Shown: positions 30,458 to 40,762 of the stretch, piece by piece
Position numbering within the stretch: position 1 is the stretch's first letter
Layout: every line of letters starts with the position of its first letter
Source of the DNA: Candidatus Hydrogenedentota bacterium
Lineage (GTDB): Bacteria; Hydrogenedentota; Hydrogenedentia; Hydrogenedentales; SLHB01
NCBI GenBank assembly: GCA_963745075.1
Contig: CAVUWV010000020.1
Coordinates: forward strand, 160,001 to 224,000
Length of the DNA: 64,000 nt
Direction of reading: 5' to 3'
The notes under the pieces: generated by a model
Seen by the model: the letters and a program-made list of their open reading frames with translations, nothing else
The model's database searches: none
What the model was told of the DNA's origin: nothing
Translations under genes and position numbers: made by a program

Positions 30458-33400
30458 GTGAAACGGCGTAGCTTTGCACACGGTGGGCTGTCCCTGTTGG
30501 AAGCAGGTCGAGGTACCGGATTGCAACGGCGTTACACGATCATCACGGTGGGCGTGTTGGCCGCTATGGCTGTCCTCGGAACAGCGCGAGCCGACGTGCT
30601 CCGGGAAGGCTTTCAAAACCCGCCGCGCGAATTCAGCATGGTGCCGTTGTGGTCCTGGAACGGGACACTCGACCGGGACGAATTGCGGTTCCAGATCGAC
30701 GAATTCGTGGACAAAGGCGTCTACGGGGCGTTCATGCATGCCCGGGCAGGCATCGACAGCAGCGAAACCCCGTATTTTTCTGAGGGATGGTGGGATGCGA
30801 TCGCGTTCTGCGTCGAATACGGCGAATCAGTCGGATTCTCCCCCTGGATCTATGACGAGGATAAATGGCCCAGCGGCGCCGCGGGTGGCCGCACGATGGA
30901 ACGCAATCCCGAACGAAACAGCCAGAAAACATTGCACCGAATCGAGCAACGGATCACGGGACCCCAAAAGGTTGACGTTTCGATCCCTGGTGCACGATAC
31001 GTGGTAGCGGCGAAGGTTGTCGAGGACGGCGGACTTGACCCGGATAGCATGGTCGACCTCAGCCGGTTCAACCACGAAGCCGACACGCAAAGCATTCCCT
31101 GGACCTGCCCGGACGGTGAGTGGCTGATCGCAGGGTACGTGTTCGGCCCGTACGGACATGGCGTCAATTACTTGAACAAGAATACGGTTCGCGATTTCAT
31201 CGACATCACCCATGAAGCATATGCCAGCCGGATTGGCGATGCCTTCGGGACGACCGTTCCCGGCGTGTTCTTCGACGAAATCATGAATGACGCAGGTAAG
31301 GACCCGGAACAAGTGGTCTGGGCCGAAGGTTTTGAAGAACGCTTTCGCGAAATGAAAGGGTACGACATCGCGCCGCTTCTCCTGGCGTTGACATACGATA
31401 CCGGGCCGCGCACGCCGGTCATTCGCTGCGACTACTACGATGTGTATACCACGCTTTATGAAGAGGCTTGGTTTGAACAGATCTCGGACTGGTGCGCGGA
31501 TCACAACCTCATGCTGTGCGGACATACGATCGAGGAATTGAACCGGTATATCACGCAGGGCGACTACATGCGCACCGAACGCCACCTGCAAATCCCCACG
31601 ACCGACAACGAGGATTTCCGGTACACGTGGCCGCGTACCATCGGTGCCTGGAAACCGAAGCAACTCGCGAGCATCGCGCAACTCTACGAGAAACCCCGGG
31701 CCGCGGTGGAAGCCATGGGCGGCGCCGGATGGTCATTCACGTTGGATTCGGGACGGTACGGTTTCAATATGCTCGCGGCCTACGGCATCGACTTCTATAT
31801 CTCCCATCTCTTTCACTACGCCCAGGACACGCCGACCCAGGTGGGAGACTGGCCGAACAGTTGGTTCTTCCGGAATCCGTACTGGAAGTATTTCAAGACG
31901 TTTGCAGACCACGGCAGCCGGATTAGCTATGTCGTTCGCGGGTCCACTCCAGTCGTCGACGTGGCGATTCTCTACCCGCAGGCAAACCAGTGGAGCGGCA
32001 ACGGTCCGGGCACGACGCAGGCAACCATGGAAACGCTGGTGGCAGCCCAAATCGATGCCGACCTGATCGATACGGACTCGTTGCAGCGCGTGGATATCCA
32101 CGATGGTCAACTTAACGTTGGCAAACTGTTATTTCGCGCGATCATCGTACCGGGGGTCCAGTGCATTCGCACGTCCGAGTTGGAGAAAATCGCTGCGTTT
32201 GCGGACGCGGGCGGCCTTGTGATCGTTCACGATCGATTTCCCACCGCGTCGATGGAACATGGACGCGACGATCCGGCGTTGCAGCCGCTGGTCGAAAGAC
32301 TCCAACGTGCCGGGGTCGAACCGGAGCCGCTGGAAACCACTGTGACGCACCTCGCACGAGCCATCGGGCGGGATGTAGCGATTCCGGACAATCCGGCGAG
32401 TCCACTGCGCTACCGGCATGTGCGGCGCGATGGCTTGGATGTCTATTGGATTGCGAACGGCAGCCGCAAGGGAGGCGAATGGCATATACGCTTCCGCACC
32501 ATTGGACGACCCGAGCGTTGGCAGCCCGAGGATGGAAGCATCACTCCCATCGGAGAAATCGTCCGGGACGGCGAATACACGGAATGTCCGATGCGGCTCG
32601 ATGCCTGGCAGGGATGCTTCATCGTATTCGACCCCGCGCAGATGCCAGACCAAGGCGGCGTGCAGGTTGCCGATACCAATCTCGAAGGCATGCGCGTTGT
32701 TACCGCAGACAAGAATGGCGTCGTCGTATCGGGTCTTCTTCCTTCCGGGGAATCGAGTGCGAAGGCACGGGTTCGCGTCGTGGATCGCGAAGGCAACGAA
32801 TCGTTCGTCGAAGGGCAACGGGCGGTTGCGGCCGCACCCGAGACAATCGTCCTTGACGGAGGCTGGGAATTCCTGCCCGTGGACCATCAACTGGACCACG
32901 ACTGGCGGATAGACGTGGCGTCAACCGACCTCGATCTGCCGGTGATGCGCGTGCGTTGGGAGCAGGATAACGGTCCTGTGGCGTCAGATTGGGAAGACCC
33001 GGCGCTCGATGACCGCGATTGGCGCGAAATTAAAGTTCTCGACTCGATGCATCCCGACGCGGGCGCGGATCGCTACCGAACGCGTTGGGACGGTCAATTC
33101 ATATCGTACTACCCCTACACGCCCTTCGATGTGGAGGAGTTCTTCGTACCCGTACTCGGGGGAAAGGGCCTATCATGCCGTACGTCGGTGCAGCTTCCCC
33201 CGGAGGCCAGTGGAGGCTGGATTGCGGTGGTTTGCCCGAGTCCGTTCCAGGTTAACCTGAACGACGAACCAGTGGGGACTGGTCCCGGAGAAACGGATGC
33301 GTCCGTGTTTGAATTCACCTCCGTGCGCCCGGGTGAGTCCGTGATCGAAATCGTGGCGGACGATGCGCCCGCACTCATGGCCGAAGGAGCGTTTGAAACG

Positions 33401-34222
33401 GAGTACGGTGAACCGATTCGGTTCCATACGGATGATTCATGGCAGACCCGGATTGAAGGCCGGGATTGGATCGATGCGTGGGTGTATGTCAGCCCGCCCG
33501 AGAAGCCTTATGGCGAACCGGCCCATCCCTACAGGAAACAGCTTCCGGATGTCGTGTGGTATCGCCAAACGCTGCCACCGGGCGTCGTGTCGATCTACGA
33601 GCCGGAAATCGAGGGATCGTGGAATGCCTGGCTGGGTGGCGCTTTATTGTCCTTTACAAATGGCAAGACCCCTATCGCAACGGGGACCGACGCGCGCGTC
33701 TTGGCGCTGCGGGTCAAACTTGGCGAGAATGAGCGCGGGCTCATGAAGCCGATTCGCGTGCGGTGCGAGCTCTCGTCGCAGCGATTAGGTTCCTGGACCG
33801 GGCAGAACCTCGCGTGGTACAGCGGCCGCGCCTTGTACACGAAGGAGTTCACGCTCGATTCAGCGTATTGCGAGGAAGGCGTCACCCTCACCCTGGATTT
33901 GGGAAAGGTGTGCTACAACACCGAAGTCTGGATGAACGGCACCCTCGTCGCCACGCGCGTCTGGCCGCCCTACCGTGTGGACGTCACGGACCACGTCAAG
34001 GTGGGCAAGAATGAGCTTACGGTTGTCGTGGCCAACCTTCTGGCAAACCGCATGCATTGGGATATCTTTGACGACGCCAAAACCAATCTGATCTTCCGCC
34101 GTTGGCATGACAGCGTGCTCATGCGCGACGCGTGGTGTTTCGAGTCGGGGCTTGTCGGACCGGTGCGCGTCGAGCCGTACCGGCGCGTGGCCCTGACGAT
34201 TTCGGAGCCGACTCACGACTGA
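30458..34222 (+). CDS. Large secreted GH106-like glycoside hydrolase with inserted beta-domains
   Basis: PLWSWNG, FMHAR.G, YFSEGW, WIYDEDKWPSG, FFDE; C-terminal LDLGKV...NELTVVVAN...SGLVGPV; true start probably downstream of 30458. Confidence 0.78.
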   Translation: MKRRSFAHGGLSLLEAGRGTGLQRRYTIITVGVLAAMAVLGTARADVLREGFQNPPREFSMVPLWSWNGTLDRDELRFQIDEFVDKGVYGAFMHARAGIDSSETPYFSEGWWDAIAFCVEYGESVGFSPWIYDEDKWPSGAAGGRTMERNPERNSQKTLHRIEQRITGPQKVDVSIPGARYVVAAKVVEDGGLDPDSMVDLSRFNHEADTQSIPWTCPDGEWLIAGYVFGPYGHGVNYLNKNTVRDFIDITHEAYASRIGDAFGTTVPGVFFDEIMNDAGKDPEQVVWAEGFEERFREMKGYDIAPLLLALTYDTGPRTPVIRCDYYDVYTTLYEEAWFEQISDWCADHNLMLCGHTIEELNRYITQGDYMRTERHLQIPTTDNEDFRYTWPRTIGAWKPKQLASIAQLYEKPRAAVEAMGGAGWSFTLDSGRYGFNMLAAYGIDFYISHLFHYAQDTPTQVGDWPNSWFFRNPYWKYFKTFADHGSRISYVVRGSTPVVDVAILYPQANQWSGNGPGTTQATMETLVAAQIDADLIDTDSLQRVDIHDGQLNVGKLLFRAIIVPGVQCIRTSELEKIAAFADAGGLVIVHDRFPTASMEHGRDDPALQPLVERLQRAGVEPEPLETTVTHLARAIGRDVAIPDNPASPLRYRHVRRDGLDVYWIANGSRKGGEWHIRFRTIGRPERWQPEDGSITPIGEIVRDGEYTECPMRLDAWQGCFIVFDPAQMPDQGGVQVADTNLEGMRVVTADKNGVVVSGLLPSGESSAKARVRVVDREGNESFVEGQRAVAAAPETIVLDGGWEFLPVDHQLDHDWRIDVASTDLDLPVMRVRWEQDNGPVASDWEDPALDDRDWREIKVLDSMHPDAGADRYRTRWDGQFISYYPYTPFDVEEFFVPVLGGKGLSCRTSVQLPPEASGGWIAVVCPSPFQVNLNDEPVGTGPGETDASVFEFTSVRPGESVIEIVADDAPALMAEGAFETEYGEPIRFHTDDSWQTRIEGRDWIDAWVYVSPPEKPYGEPAHPYRKQLPDVVWYRQTLPPGVVSIYEPEIEGSWNAWLGGALLSFTNGKTPIATGTDARVLALRVKLGENERGLMKPIRVRCELSSQRLGSWTGQNLAWYSGRALYTKEFTLDSAYCEEGVTLTLDLGKVCYNTEVWMNGTLVATRVWPPYRVDVTDHVKVGKNELTVVVANLLANRMHWDIFDDAKTNLIFRRWHDSVLMRDAWCFESGLVGPVRVEPYRRVALTISEPTHD

Positions 34223-34273
34223 CGAATATCGCGATGCGTGTCTTCTCGGTGTCGATCTGGACAGATTACGCGC

Positions 34274-34633
34274 TCACGACGCCAGGATGACGGTCTTTTC
34301 CTCCACGCCTTCTCCCGGAGGTCCGTAGCGAAGGAGGGCTCGCGCGCCTTGCATGAAATCCGTCGATTCGAGAATGGGCCGGACCACATCGAAGAGGCGG
34401 TCGGCGTCGGGGCCGTACATGTAGAGGCTGCCGTCGCTCCCGTCCACGGCGATCTCGTTGCCGTCGTATTCGCCCGCGTGCGCTTCCTCGATCGCGTCTT
34501 CCAGCCGTTTTTCCAATTGAAAGATGCGGGACAAGTCTGTCGAGCCGTATTGAAAGCTAACGATAACGGCATGCTCGGGCGCGGCTTCCGGCTTATCGGT
34601 CTTGCCGCCGAAGAGTTTTGCAAAGAAGCTCAC
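34274..34633 (-). CDS. Conserved-looking hypothetical protein (last gene of the SSS operon)
   Basis: 119-aa ORF starting 3 nt after the upstream stop; GEYDGNE and YMYGPDAD motifs. Confidence 0.65.
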   Translation of the reverse strand: MSFFAKLFGGKTDKPEAAPEHAVIVSFQYGSTDLSRIFQLEKRLEDAIEEAHAGEYDGNEIAVDGSDGSLYMYGPDADRLFDVVRPILESTDFMQGARALLRYGPPGEGVEEKTVILAS

Positions 34634-34636
34634 CGT

Positions 34637-36394
34637 TTATCGGCCCCAACGTTGTTCCAAGGGCTGGCGCAACTGAATGCTTGCGTGATCGATATCTTCG
34701 TATCGCCTTTCGCCGTCTTTGAGGAAGAACGGCACGAAGGCCATCTTCTCGATGTAGGTCGAGCCCGGGTCCACGGGTATGATGGGGCCGCGCTGGTAAT
34801 CACTGAAAGGATACACCCAGCCCCGCGTGAAATACGTCACCGGGATCGCCCAGAAATGATGGTAATACAGATAGAACGCGGGCCGGTGCGTCGTCGCTTC
34901 ACCGCGATTCGGGTTAAATGCGATGGAGGATTCAATCGCTTCGCCGATCCCGTAGTTCCCCGCCTCACACGTGAGGGCCAACCAAGGCACGTCGTGATCG
35001 ATCCGCACGGCCCATTCATCCTGCCAATCCGGCCCGTGCAAGGTGCGGCCGCTGCGCAGCGAGCCGTTTTTCTCCTTCCACACGTAATGATCGACGAGAT
35101 AGGAGTCCAGGACGATCTCGCCGTTGCGGATGGCGGAAGCATTCAAGGGATCGCGCACTTCCGTGATCGTCGTGCATCGCACGTATGGCACGCCCGCGTA
35201 GAACGTGTAGGTCACTGACGCGTGGACCTGTGGCGTGGCATCGGGCATGCGGCCGCCGTTCGTTATGCGAAACATGAGCGGGCCCCGCGCAGTCACGACG
35301 GTCTGGTCCGGCGGATCCCACGCGAAGGTGTGCCCCCATTTCCCGTTGTCGGAAAAGGAATCCGGGTTCCAATGAACCGCCCGGCTGTAGCTGTTTGTCA
35401 AACGCGGGACGGGATTGTCCTCCCGGCCTTTCAGGTCGATGGACGCGATCTGGCCGGATTTCTTATCGAGTTCAACGAGGTAGTGCGCGTTCTCGACGGT
35501 CGCGCCGAGCGAAGGACCGGTCACGACGAGATCGGTTGCCGGTTCTGCGGGCGGATCGACGTTCGGATTGTCGTAGAGAAAGACGTAGACCGCCGCACCG
35601 TTGGCCGGAACCGTGGCCAGGAACACACCCTCCAGCGATTGGGAAGGATGCTGGAGATAATTCTCATTGGACGTACCCGGCGGCGTACCAGCGAATCGCT
35701 TCGCATTGAACGTTTGCAGCGGTACCGGCGTGTAGGTGCCCTGCTCGGGATCGCAGGCGAACAACCGGAGTTCCTTTTCGAGGTCGGCGCAGTCTTCTTT
35801 TCGGGCCGTCAGCGAGAACTCGACCGGTTCGCCGTTTCGGGCAAGCCCGGCCGGTTCGTAAAGGGCCAGAGACTGATACCGCTGGAATCCGGCGGGCGCA
35901 CCGCCTTTGTCCGGGGCTTTCGCTTCGAAGTCGCGCGTAACGGTCTTCGACTGACCGTCTTCCCCGCTTGCGCTGAATTCCACCTCCGCTTTGACATCTT
36001 CGCCGTTGTGCCAGACGGAGCGCGTTACGAGCACCACGTTCTTGGCGGTTGTGCTTTCCTGCGTCACCCACCCGGACTGCACGTGGGAGAATCCGTCCAC
36101 AAAGACGTAGAACGAATCCGAATCGGTCCCGTTCACCGTCACGCGTTTCACGGTTGCGGAAGCGCCTTCCGTCCAATCGCCTATCGGAAGCACGACCTCG
36201 AAAAACGGGTGTTCCACCGTTGGCGCGACAAAGAGGACTTCGGAAACGCTTTTCGGATCGAAGGGTATCGGATAGAGCACTTGCCCGTCGCCGACGTCAC
36301 GGCCCGACTCGGCGGACGGCGGTAACTGCGCCGAGGCGCATAGGACGGTCAGCGCCGAAAACACGAGGGTGATGGATTTGCGTGACAACATCAT
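34637..36394 (-). CDS. Secreted protein of unknown function (paralog B)
   Basis: Signal peptide; ATGA overlap with the upstream gene; collinear motifs shared with 36391..38598. Confidence 0.8.
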   Translation of the reverse strand: MMLSRKSITLVFSALTVLCASAQLPPSAESGRDVGDGQVLYPIPFDPKSVSEVLFVAPTVEHPFFEVVLPIGDWTEGASATVKRVTVNGTDSDSFYVFVDGFSHVQSGWVTQESTTAKNVVLVTRSVWHNGEDVKAEVEFSASGEDGQSKTVTRDFEAKAPDKGGAPAGFQRYQSLALYEPAGLARNGEPVEFSLTARKEDCADLEKELRLFACDPEQGTYTPVPLQTFNAKRFAGTPPGTSNENYLQHPSQSLEGVFLATVPANGAAVYVFLYDNPNVDPPAEPATDLVVTGPSLGATVENAHYLVELDKKSGQIASIDLKGREDNPVPRLTNSYSRAVHWNPDSFSDNGKWGHTFAWDPPDQTVVTARGPLMFRITNGGRMPDATPQVHASVTYTFYAGVPYVRCTTITEVRDPLNASAIRNGEIVLDSYLVDHYVWKEKNGSLRSGRTLHGPDWQDEWAVRIDHDVPWLALTCEAGNYGIGEAIESSIAFNPNRGEATTHRPAFYLYYHHFWAIPVTYFTRGWVYPFSDYQRGPIIPVDPGSTYIEKMAFVPFFLKDGERRYEDIDHASIQLRQPLEQRWGR

Positions 36395-38598
36395 TCTTTT
36401 TCGTCCTTCGTTTCTTTGTGGCCGCTGATCGCGCCCGCAACGCCTTCATTAAAGGGCATGGTCAGGATCGGCATGACCCAAGCCTTGGGCGTCCGGTCGT
36501 CGGTGGCCATCCATTCGCGAACTTGCAGCGGATGCGTCAGTCGTTTCTGAAGGGTCTCGATTTCGGCGAACGGGTCATCGCCTTCCGAGAATCGGAACGG
36601 CACCCACGCGTTTCGCTCGAAGTAAAAGCTGCCCGCACGCACGGGCATCATGCGCGTGAAGTTCAATCCGCCGAAGGGGTACACCAGCGGACGCGCCCAG
36701 TATACCCACGGGCCGTTTTCCACGTAGAAGTACGGTTGGGTGAGACTGGGCGGTTGACCGTATTTGTTGCCATTCGAGAAGTCGAGTTCGATATTGGCGA
36801 ATCCGACTTTTTGTTCTCGATTCACAAAGGCGAGCCACGGAGTATCCGCCGGAACCTCGATCGCGTGGATGGGGTGCTTTCTAGCGTTCTTGAGGTTCAG
36901 GCTCTCCGTTTTTCCCAACGGGTCTTTCCACACGAACTCGTTCAGGACGACCTTGTTGAACACCAGTTCGCCGTTACGCAAGGCCTGGACGAACATGTCC
37001 TTCACGACCTCCATATAAGACGACTCGATCACGTAGGGCTCGCCCGCATAGAACTCGTAGGAGATGGACACGTCCACCGAGTCCATGTGGGGCAAGGGGG
37101 CGTAGCGGCGTGTGCGATGCATCAGCGGGCCGCTGATTTCGTCGTAGATGGGTGTTTCCCAGTCGCTGGCGTGCACCCACGGTGTCGGCGGCGAGTAGAC
37201 GCCCGGATTCCAATGTACGGCGCCGTTGGTTTCGAGCTTGTGCTCGAGCAACACGGGGTCGCCCTTTCCAAGCACGGTCACCTGTTCGACCGCGCCGCTG
37301 TTCTCCGAGAGGAAGAAGCGATACGAGTCATTCTCAATGGTCTGGCTCATCCCTTCGCCCTTTTGCACCGTCAAGTCGGCGCTCTGCTCCATAGGCTGGG
37401 CCTTGGGATTGCCGTACACGACTTCGTAAACCTTCTCTTCGTAGGGCTGCACATCGGCCAGGAAGACCAGTTCAACGGAGGTCGTGGCGTCGTAGCGGTG
37501 CACGGGCTCGCCCGTCTCCGCGTCACGTTCGTCGGAGTTAAGCAGACGCTCGTCGCGCCAGATGTTCACCGAGGTGACTTGGACCGGTGCGACGACGTAG
37601 CCATCGGCGCCGGCCTTGGGACTGGTCGGTTCATAGGTGACCACGCGAATCTCGTTTTCGGGTTTCGTGATGTCGTCTGCAAACAGGCCCAGATTCAGAT
37701 GCACAGGCTCGCCCTGGCGCAGCAGGCCCACGGTCTCGTGCAGCACGATCGAGACGGAATGGGGCCAGTCCGCGTTCCAGTAACCGCCCGACCCCGGAGC
37801 GGTCCCTTCCGCTTCGTAAGTCTTCTCGCCTGCCTTGGTGTCGACCACGACCTTGATGCTGTGCTTGGACCCGTTGAGCCAATCCACCGGTGCGACGATC
37901 TGAAAATCGCGATTTCCGTCGATGGTCCCTTCGTACGTTTCCCCTTCGACCGTGCCGTTGCCGGTCGTTCCCGGAAGGGCCATACCGGTGTTAAAGAAGC
38001 GCGCGTCGCGATTCTCCTTGCCATCGACCGATACTGAAACCACCTTGCCGGCGGAAATCGCTTCTTTGGCCAGGGTCAGGGTCACGCGGTGGTAGGGAAA
38101 CTCCGCGGTGGGACCGGCGAAGCTTGGACCACGAACGGCCTGATGTTCTGCCGGGGCCGTTTCGTTGGCGGCAAGTTGTACGGGCTGGCCAGACTCGCTT
38201 TTCCCCTCGACATCGACGGTATAGGTTTTCCCGGGCTGCCAGTCCGCGTAAAGCGAAACGGAGAAGTCTTCGCTCCCGTGCACCCAGCGGGCTCCGTTAA
38301 AGACGCCGTGGTTCGCAACGACGAAGGGCGTCTTCTCGTCACCATTCACGAGTACGCGTTCGATCTGAAACGCAGGGACTTTCCCCTTCGGAAACTTCGC
38401 CACCAAGTCGTACGGCACGTTGGCGAATTCTGCCACGGATTGGAATTCCACCGTCTGCGGACCCGCAGGCGCCCCGACTTCGGTGGTGCCGGATGGGCGC
38501 GGGTGGTGAAGCGGAGTGGCATCGCCGGCGGCGAGGGGTGTCAGTCCGGCAAGAACAACCGCCAACGCGAGCGACGTTGCCAAGAGTCGGTTTCGCAT
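36391..38598 (-). CDS. Secreted protein of unknown function (paralog A)
   Basis: AGGAG RBS 7 nt before ATG 38598; signal peptide; beta-rich. Confidence 0.8.
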   Translation of the reverse strand: MRNRLLATSLALAVVLAGLTPLAAGDATPLHHPRPSGTTEVGAPAGPQTVEFQSVAEFANVPYDLVAKFPKGKVPAFQIERVLVNGDEKTPFVVANHGVFNGARWVHGSEDFSVSLYADWQPGKTYTVDVEGKSESGQPVQLAANETAPAEHQAVRGPSFAGPTAEFPYHRVTLTLAKEAISAGKVVSVSVDGKENRDARFFNTGMALPGTTGNGTVEGETYEGTIDGNRDFQIVAPVDWLNGSKHSIKVVVDTKAGEKTYEAEGTAPGSGGYWNADWPHSVSIVLHETVGLLRQGEPVHLNLGLFADDITKPENEIRVVTYEPTSPKAGADGYVVAPVQVTSVNIWRDERLLNSDERDAETGEPVHRYDATTSVELVFLADVQPYEEKVYEVVYGNPKAQPMEQSADLTVQKGEGMSQTIENDSYRFFLSENSGAVEQVTVLGKGDPVLLEHKLETNGAVHWNPGVYSPPTPWVHASDWETPIYDEISGPLMHRTRRYAPLPHMDSVDVSISYEFYAGEPYVIESSYMEVVKDMFVQALRNGELVFNKVVLNEFVWKDPLGKTESLNLKNARKHPIHAIEVPADTPWLAFVNREQKVGFANIELDFSNGNKYGQPPSLTQPYFYVENGPWVYWARPLVYPFGGLNFTRMMPVRAGSFYFERNAWVPFRFSEGDDPFAEIETLQKRLTHPLQVREWMATDDRTPKAWVMPILTMPFNEGVAGAISGHKETKDEKE

Positions 38599-38628
38599 GT
38601 TCAATCTCCTTGTGTCGTCGAATCGGGA

Positions 38629-38802
38629 TCAGTCTTGTTTCTTCGCATTCTTGGCTTCATGCTCTTCGCGCAGAATGCGGAGCAGTGCCTTGATATCCAG
38701 CGCGCCGCCGACCGTCACCCAGAGGGACATAATCGAGAACGCCGCCACGCTGATGATAAAGACGGCTTTCCATAAGCCCATCCAAAACGCTAACGAACCC
38801 AT
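38629..38802 (-). CDS. 57-aa single-pass membrane protein (probable SSS accessory subunit); not in the ORF track
   Basis: GAAGGAG RBS; MGSLAFWMGLWKAVFIISVAAFSIMSLWVTVGGALDIKALLRILREEHEAKNAKKQD*; fills the gap between the SSS and paralog A. Confidence 0.8.
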   Translation of the reverse strand: MGSLAFWMGLWKAVFIISVAAFSIMSLWVTVGGALDIKALLRILREEHEAKNAKKQD

Positions 38803-38839
38803 CACACAGCTCCTTCACTCCGTGCGCGATTGCGCGCGG

Positions 38840-40519
38840 CTAATTTGTCGCAGCCGCTTCGTCGTCCTCGACTGGACGGTTTTTGTCCGGAAACGCCAGG
38901 GATCCCACGACCATGACGACCAACGCAAGCACAACAACCGCCAAGCCCACGCGTTGGCTCGGCAGGTAGGTCGCCATGATCGATTCGGCTTTCGCCACTT
39001 CAAGATGCAACACCGATACGAGCAAGAATCGCTGCAGCGCTTCCAGTCCGAGCACCGCGAGGCCTCCCGTACACATCGCCAAGACGGCCCCGGTGGAACT
39101 TGCACGCTTCCAATACAGGCCACCGAGCAGCACGCTGAATGCCCCGGTAAAATAGATCGCCCCGCTCACCGTGAGAAAGTCCCACAGGTCTTGTCGCAAG
39201 GGATAGGCGTAGCTCATGATGAAGATGGTGAGTCCGATCAAGAGAACAAAACTGCGTGTGGTCCACACACGGGCACGTTGCGAGATTTGGCCTTTAGCCA
39301 TTGGCACGACCACGTCGTTGGTGAGTACCGAACTCCAACAGAGAAAGTAGCCGCTGTCGGTCGACATCATGGCAGCCACCATGGCAGCCGTAATTAACCC
39401 AATCATACCGACGGGGAGCGTTCTCGCGAAAAACACGGGCATGCCGTACAGGGAGTTCAACGGTTCCACACCCTCCGCGGTCGGGAAGAATGCTTCTTTG
39501 AGATGGGGCGTACCCATGATGAAGACGAAAGCGGCGATGCCCCAGAAATAAGGCACAATCATTCGGATCGCGTACGAGATAGAGGCCCACATGAATTGTT
39601 TCTTCACGACGGCCACGTTTTCGCTGGCCAGGGCCCGCGCCACGGAGGTGGGCCAGACCGCGCAACTGACCACTCCCAGGAAGAACATCCAGAGCACATA
39701 GTCCACGCCGAACGCGCTTTCCGCTTCGAGTGGATTGAAACCGGCCGAACCCTTCAACGCCGCCACGGTGTCGAACACATGGTTCCAGCCGGCCGCGAGC
39801 GTCGCAAACACGCCCGGCGAATTGGATACCGCCTCGGCCGTGGCGGTGGCCGCAAGCGCGTGGACCCCGGTCTCGTGGATGGCAAGCATGGTACCCAGGA
39901 CCATGCCAAATGCAAGCACGACGAACTGCAGGTAGTCGGTCAGCACGACCGAGACCATCCCCCCAAGGACGGTGTAGAAAAGTTCCACGGCAACGAGAAC
40001 GACCATGAGCGTGAGCAACGCCCGCTCGGTCTCGAGACCCATCACCGCCTGGAGGAACATGGCCCCGGCTTTCAGGAACATGCTCATGTTGAGGATGCCG
40101 CCAAAGGCCAGCATGAGCCCGCCGAGGATTTGCGTCTTGCGCCCAAACCGTTTGCGGTAGAAGTCGGGAATTGTTAAAGCGTTGTGTCTTCGCAGGGGGC
40201 CGATGATAAACCCGCTCGCGCCAATCAGGAATGCCACGATGCCTGCCGCAAGCCCAATGTGAAATGCGGCGAAGCCCCCGTTAAACCCCTTCTGTGCGGC
40301 ATACATGACCGTAACAAGGCCCAGTTCGGTGCCCGTCAAGGTCGCCACCCCGAGGGCCGTCCGCACGCCGCGTCCGGCCACGACGTAATCGTCCATGTCG
40401 GAGATGTAGCGACGCGCGATCAGCCCGAAGGCGATCGTGGCGACCATGTAGACGAACAGGATGGCCCAATCGATTCCCGTGAAATTGGTGTGCTGAAAGA
40501 TCTCGCCGAATTGACCCAT
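38840..40519 (-). CDS. Sodium:solute symporter (SSS family)
   Basis: IDW.I...Y, DYVVAGR, YT.LGG..SV..TD.LQ, AAMMST; many TM helices. Confidence 0.92.
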   Translation of the reverse strand: MGQFGEIFQHTNFTGIDWAILFVYMVATIAFGLIARRYISDMDDYVVAGRGVRTALGVATLTGTELGLVTVMYAAQKGFNGGFAAFHIGLAAGIVAFLIGASGFIIGPLRRHNALTIPDFYRKRFGRKTQILGGLMLAFGGILNMSMFLKAGAMFLQAVMGLETERALLTLMVVLVAVELFYTVLGGMVSVVLTDYLQFVVLAFGMVLGTMLAIHETGVHALAATATAEAVSNSPGVFATLAAGWNHVFDTVAALKGSAGFNPLEAESAFGVDYVLWMFFLGVVSCAVWPTSVARALASENVAVVKKQFMWASISYAIRMIVPYFWGIAAFVFIMGTPHLKEAFFPTAEGVEPLNSLYGMPVFFARTLPVGMIGLITAAMVAAMMSTDSGYFLCWSSVLTNDVVVPMAKGQISQRARVWTTRSFVLLIGLTIFIMSYAYPLRQDLWDFLTVSGAIYFTGAFSVLLGGLYWKRASSTGAVLAMCTGGLAVLGLEALQRFLLVSVLHLEVAKAESIMATYLPSQRVGLAVVVLALVVMVVGSLAFPDKNRPVEDDEAAATN

Positions 40520-40762
40520 GATCCCCTTCCGCGGCGCGTGCCGTGTCGCGGAAAGCCGCATTCACGGGGGCGCCATGACCGCTAGATGCAACCCAAAACG
40601 TAGGCTGTCATGCTAGCATGTGGGGATCATTTACGCAATCGTGGGGGCCGGCTCGTTCGAACTTGCGCGGCACACCCCCGCGGGGCAGGGCCAAGAAAAT
40701 TCATGGCGGGTACCGGGAACCTTCAGAGGTAGATTCCCCGATACCCGCCAAGAGCTATTGCG

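Noticed and set aside
36382..39397. Long antisense or alternative-frame ORFs (e.g. 36382..38037 +, 38516..39397 +, also 46882..48501 -, 24441..25694 -, 51430..52698 +)
   Set aside because: They are shadow ORFs of real genes in high-GC DNA with no recognisable motifs.
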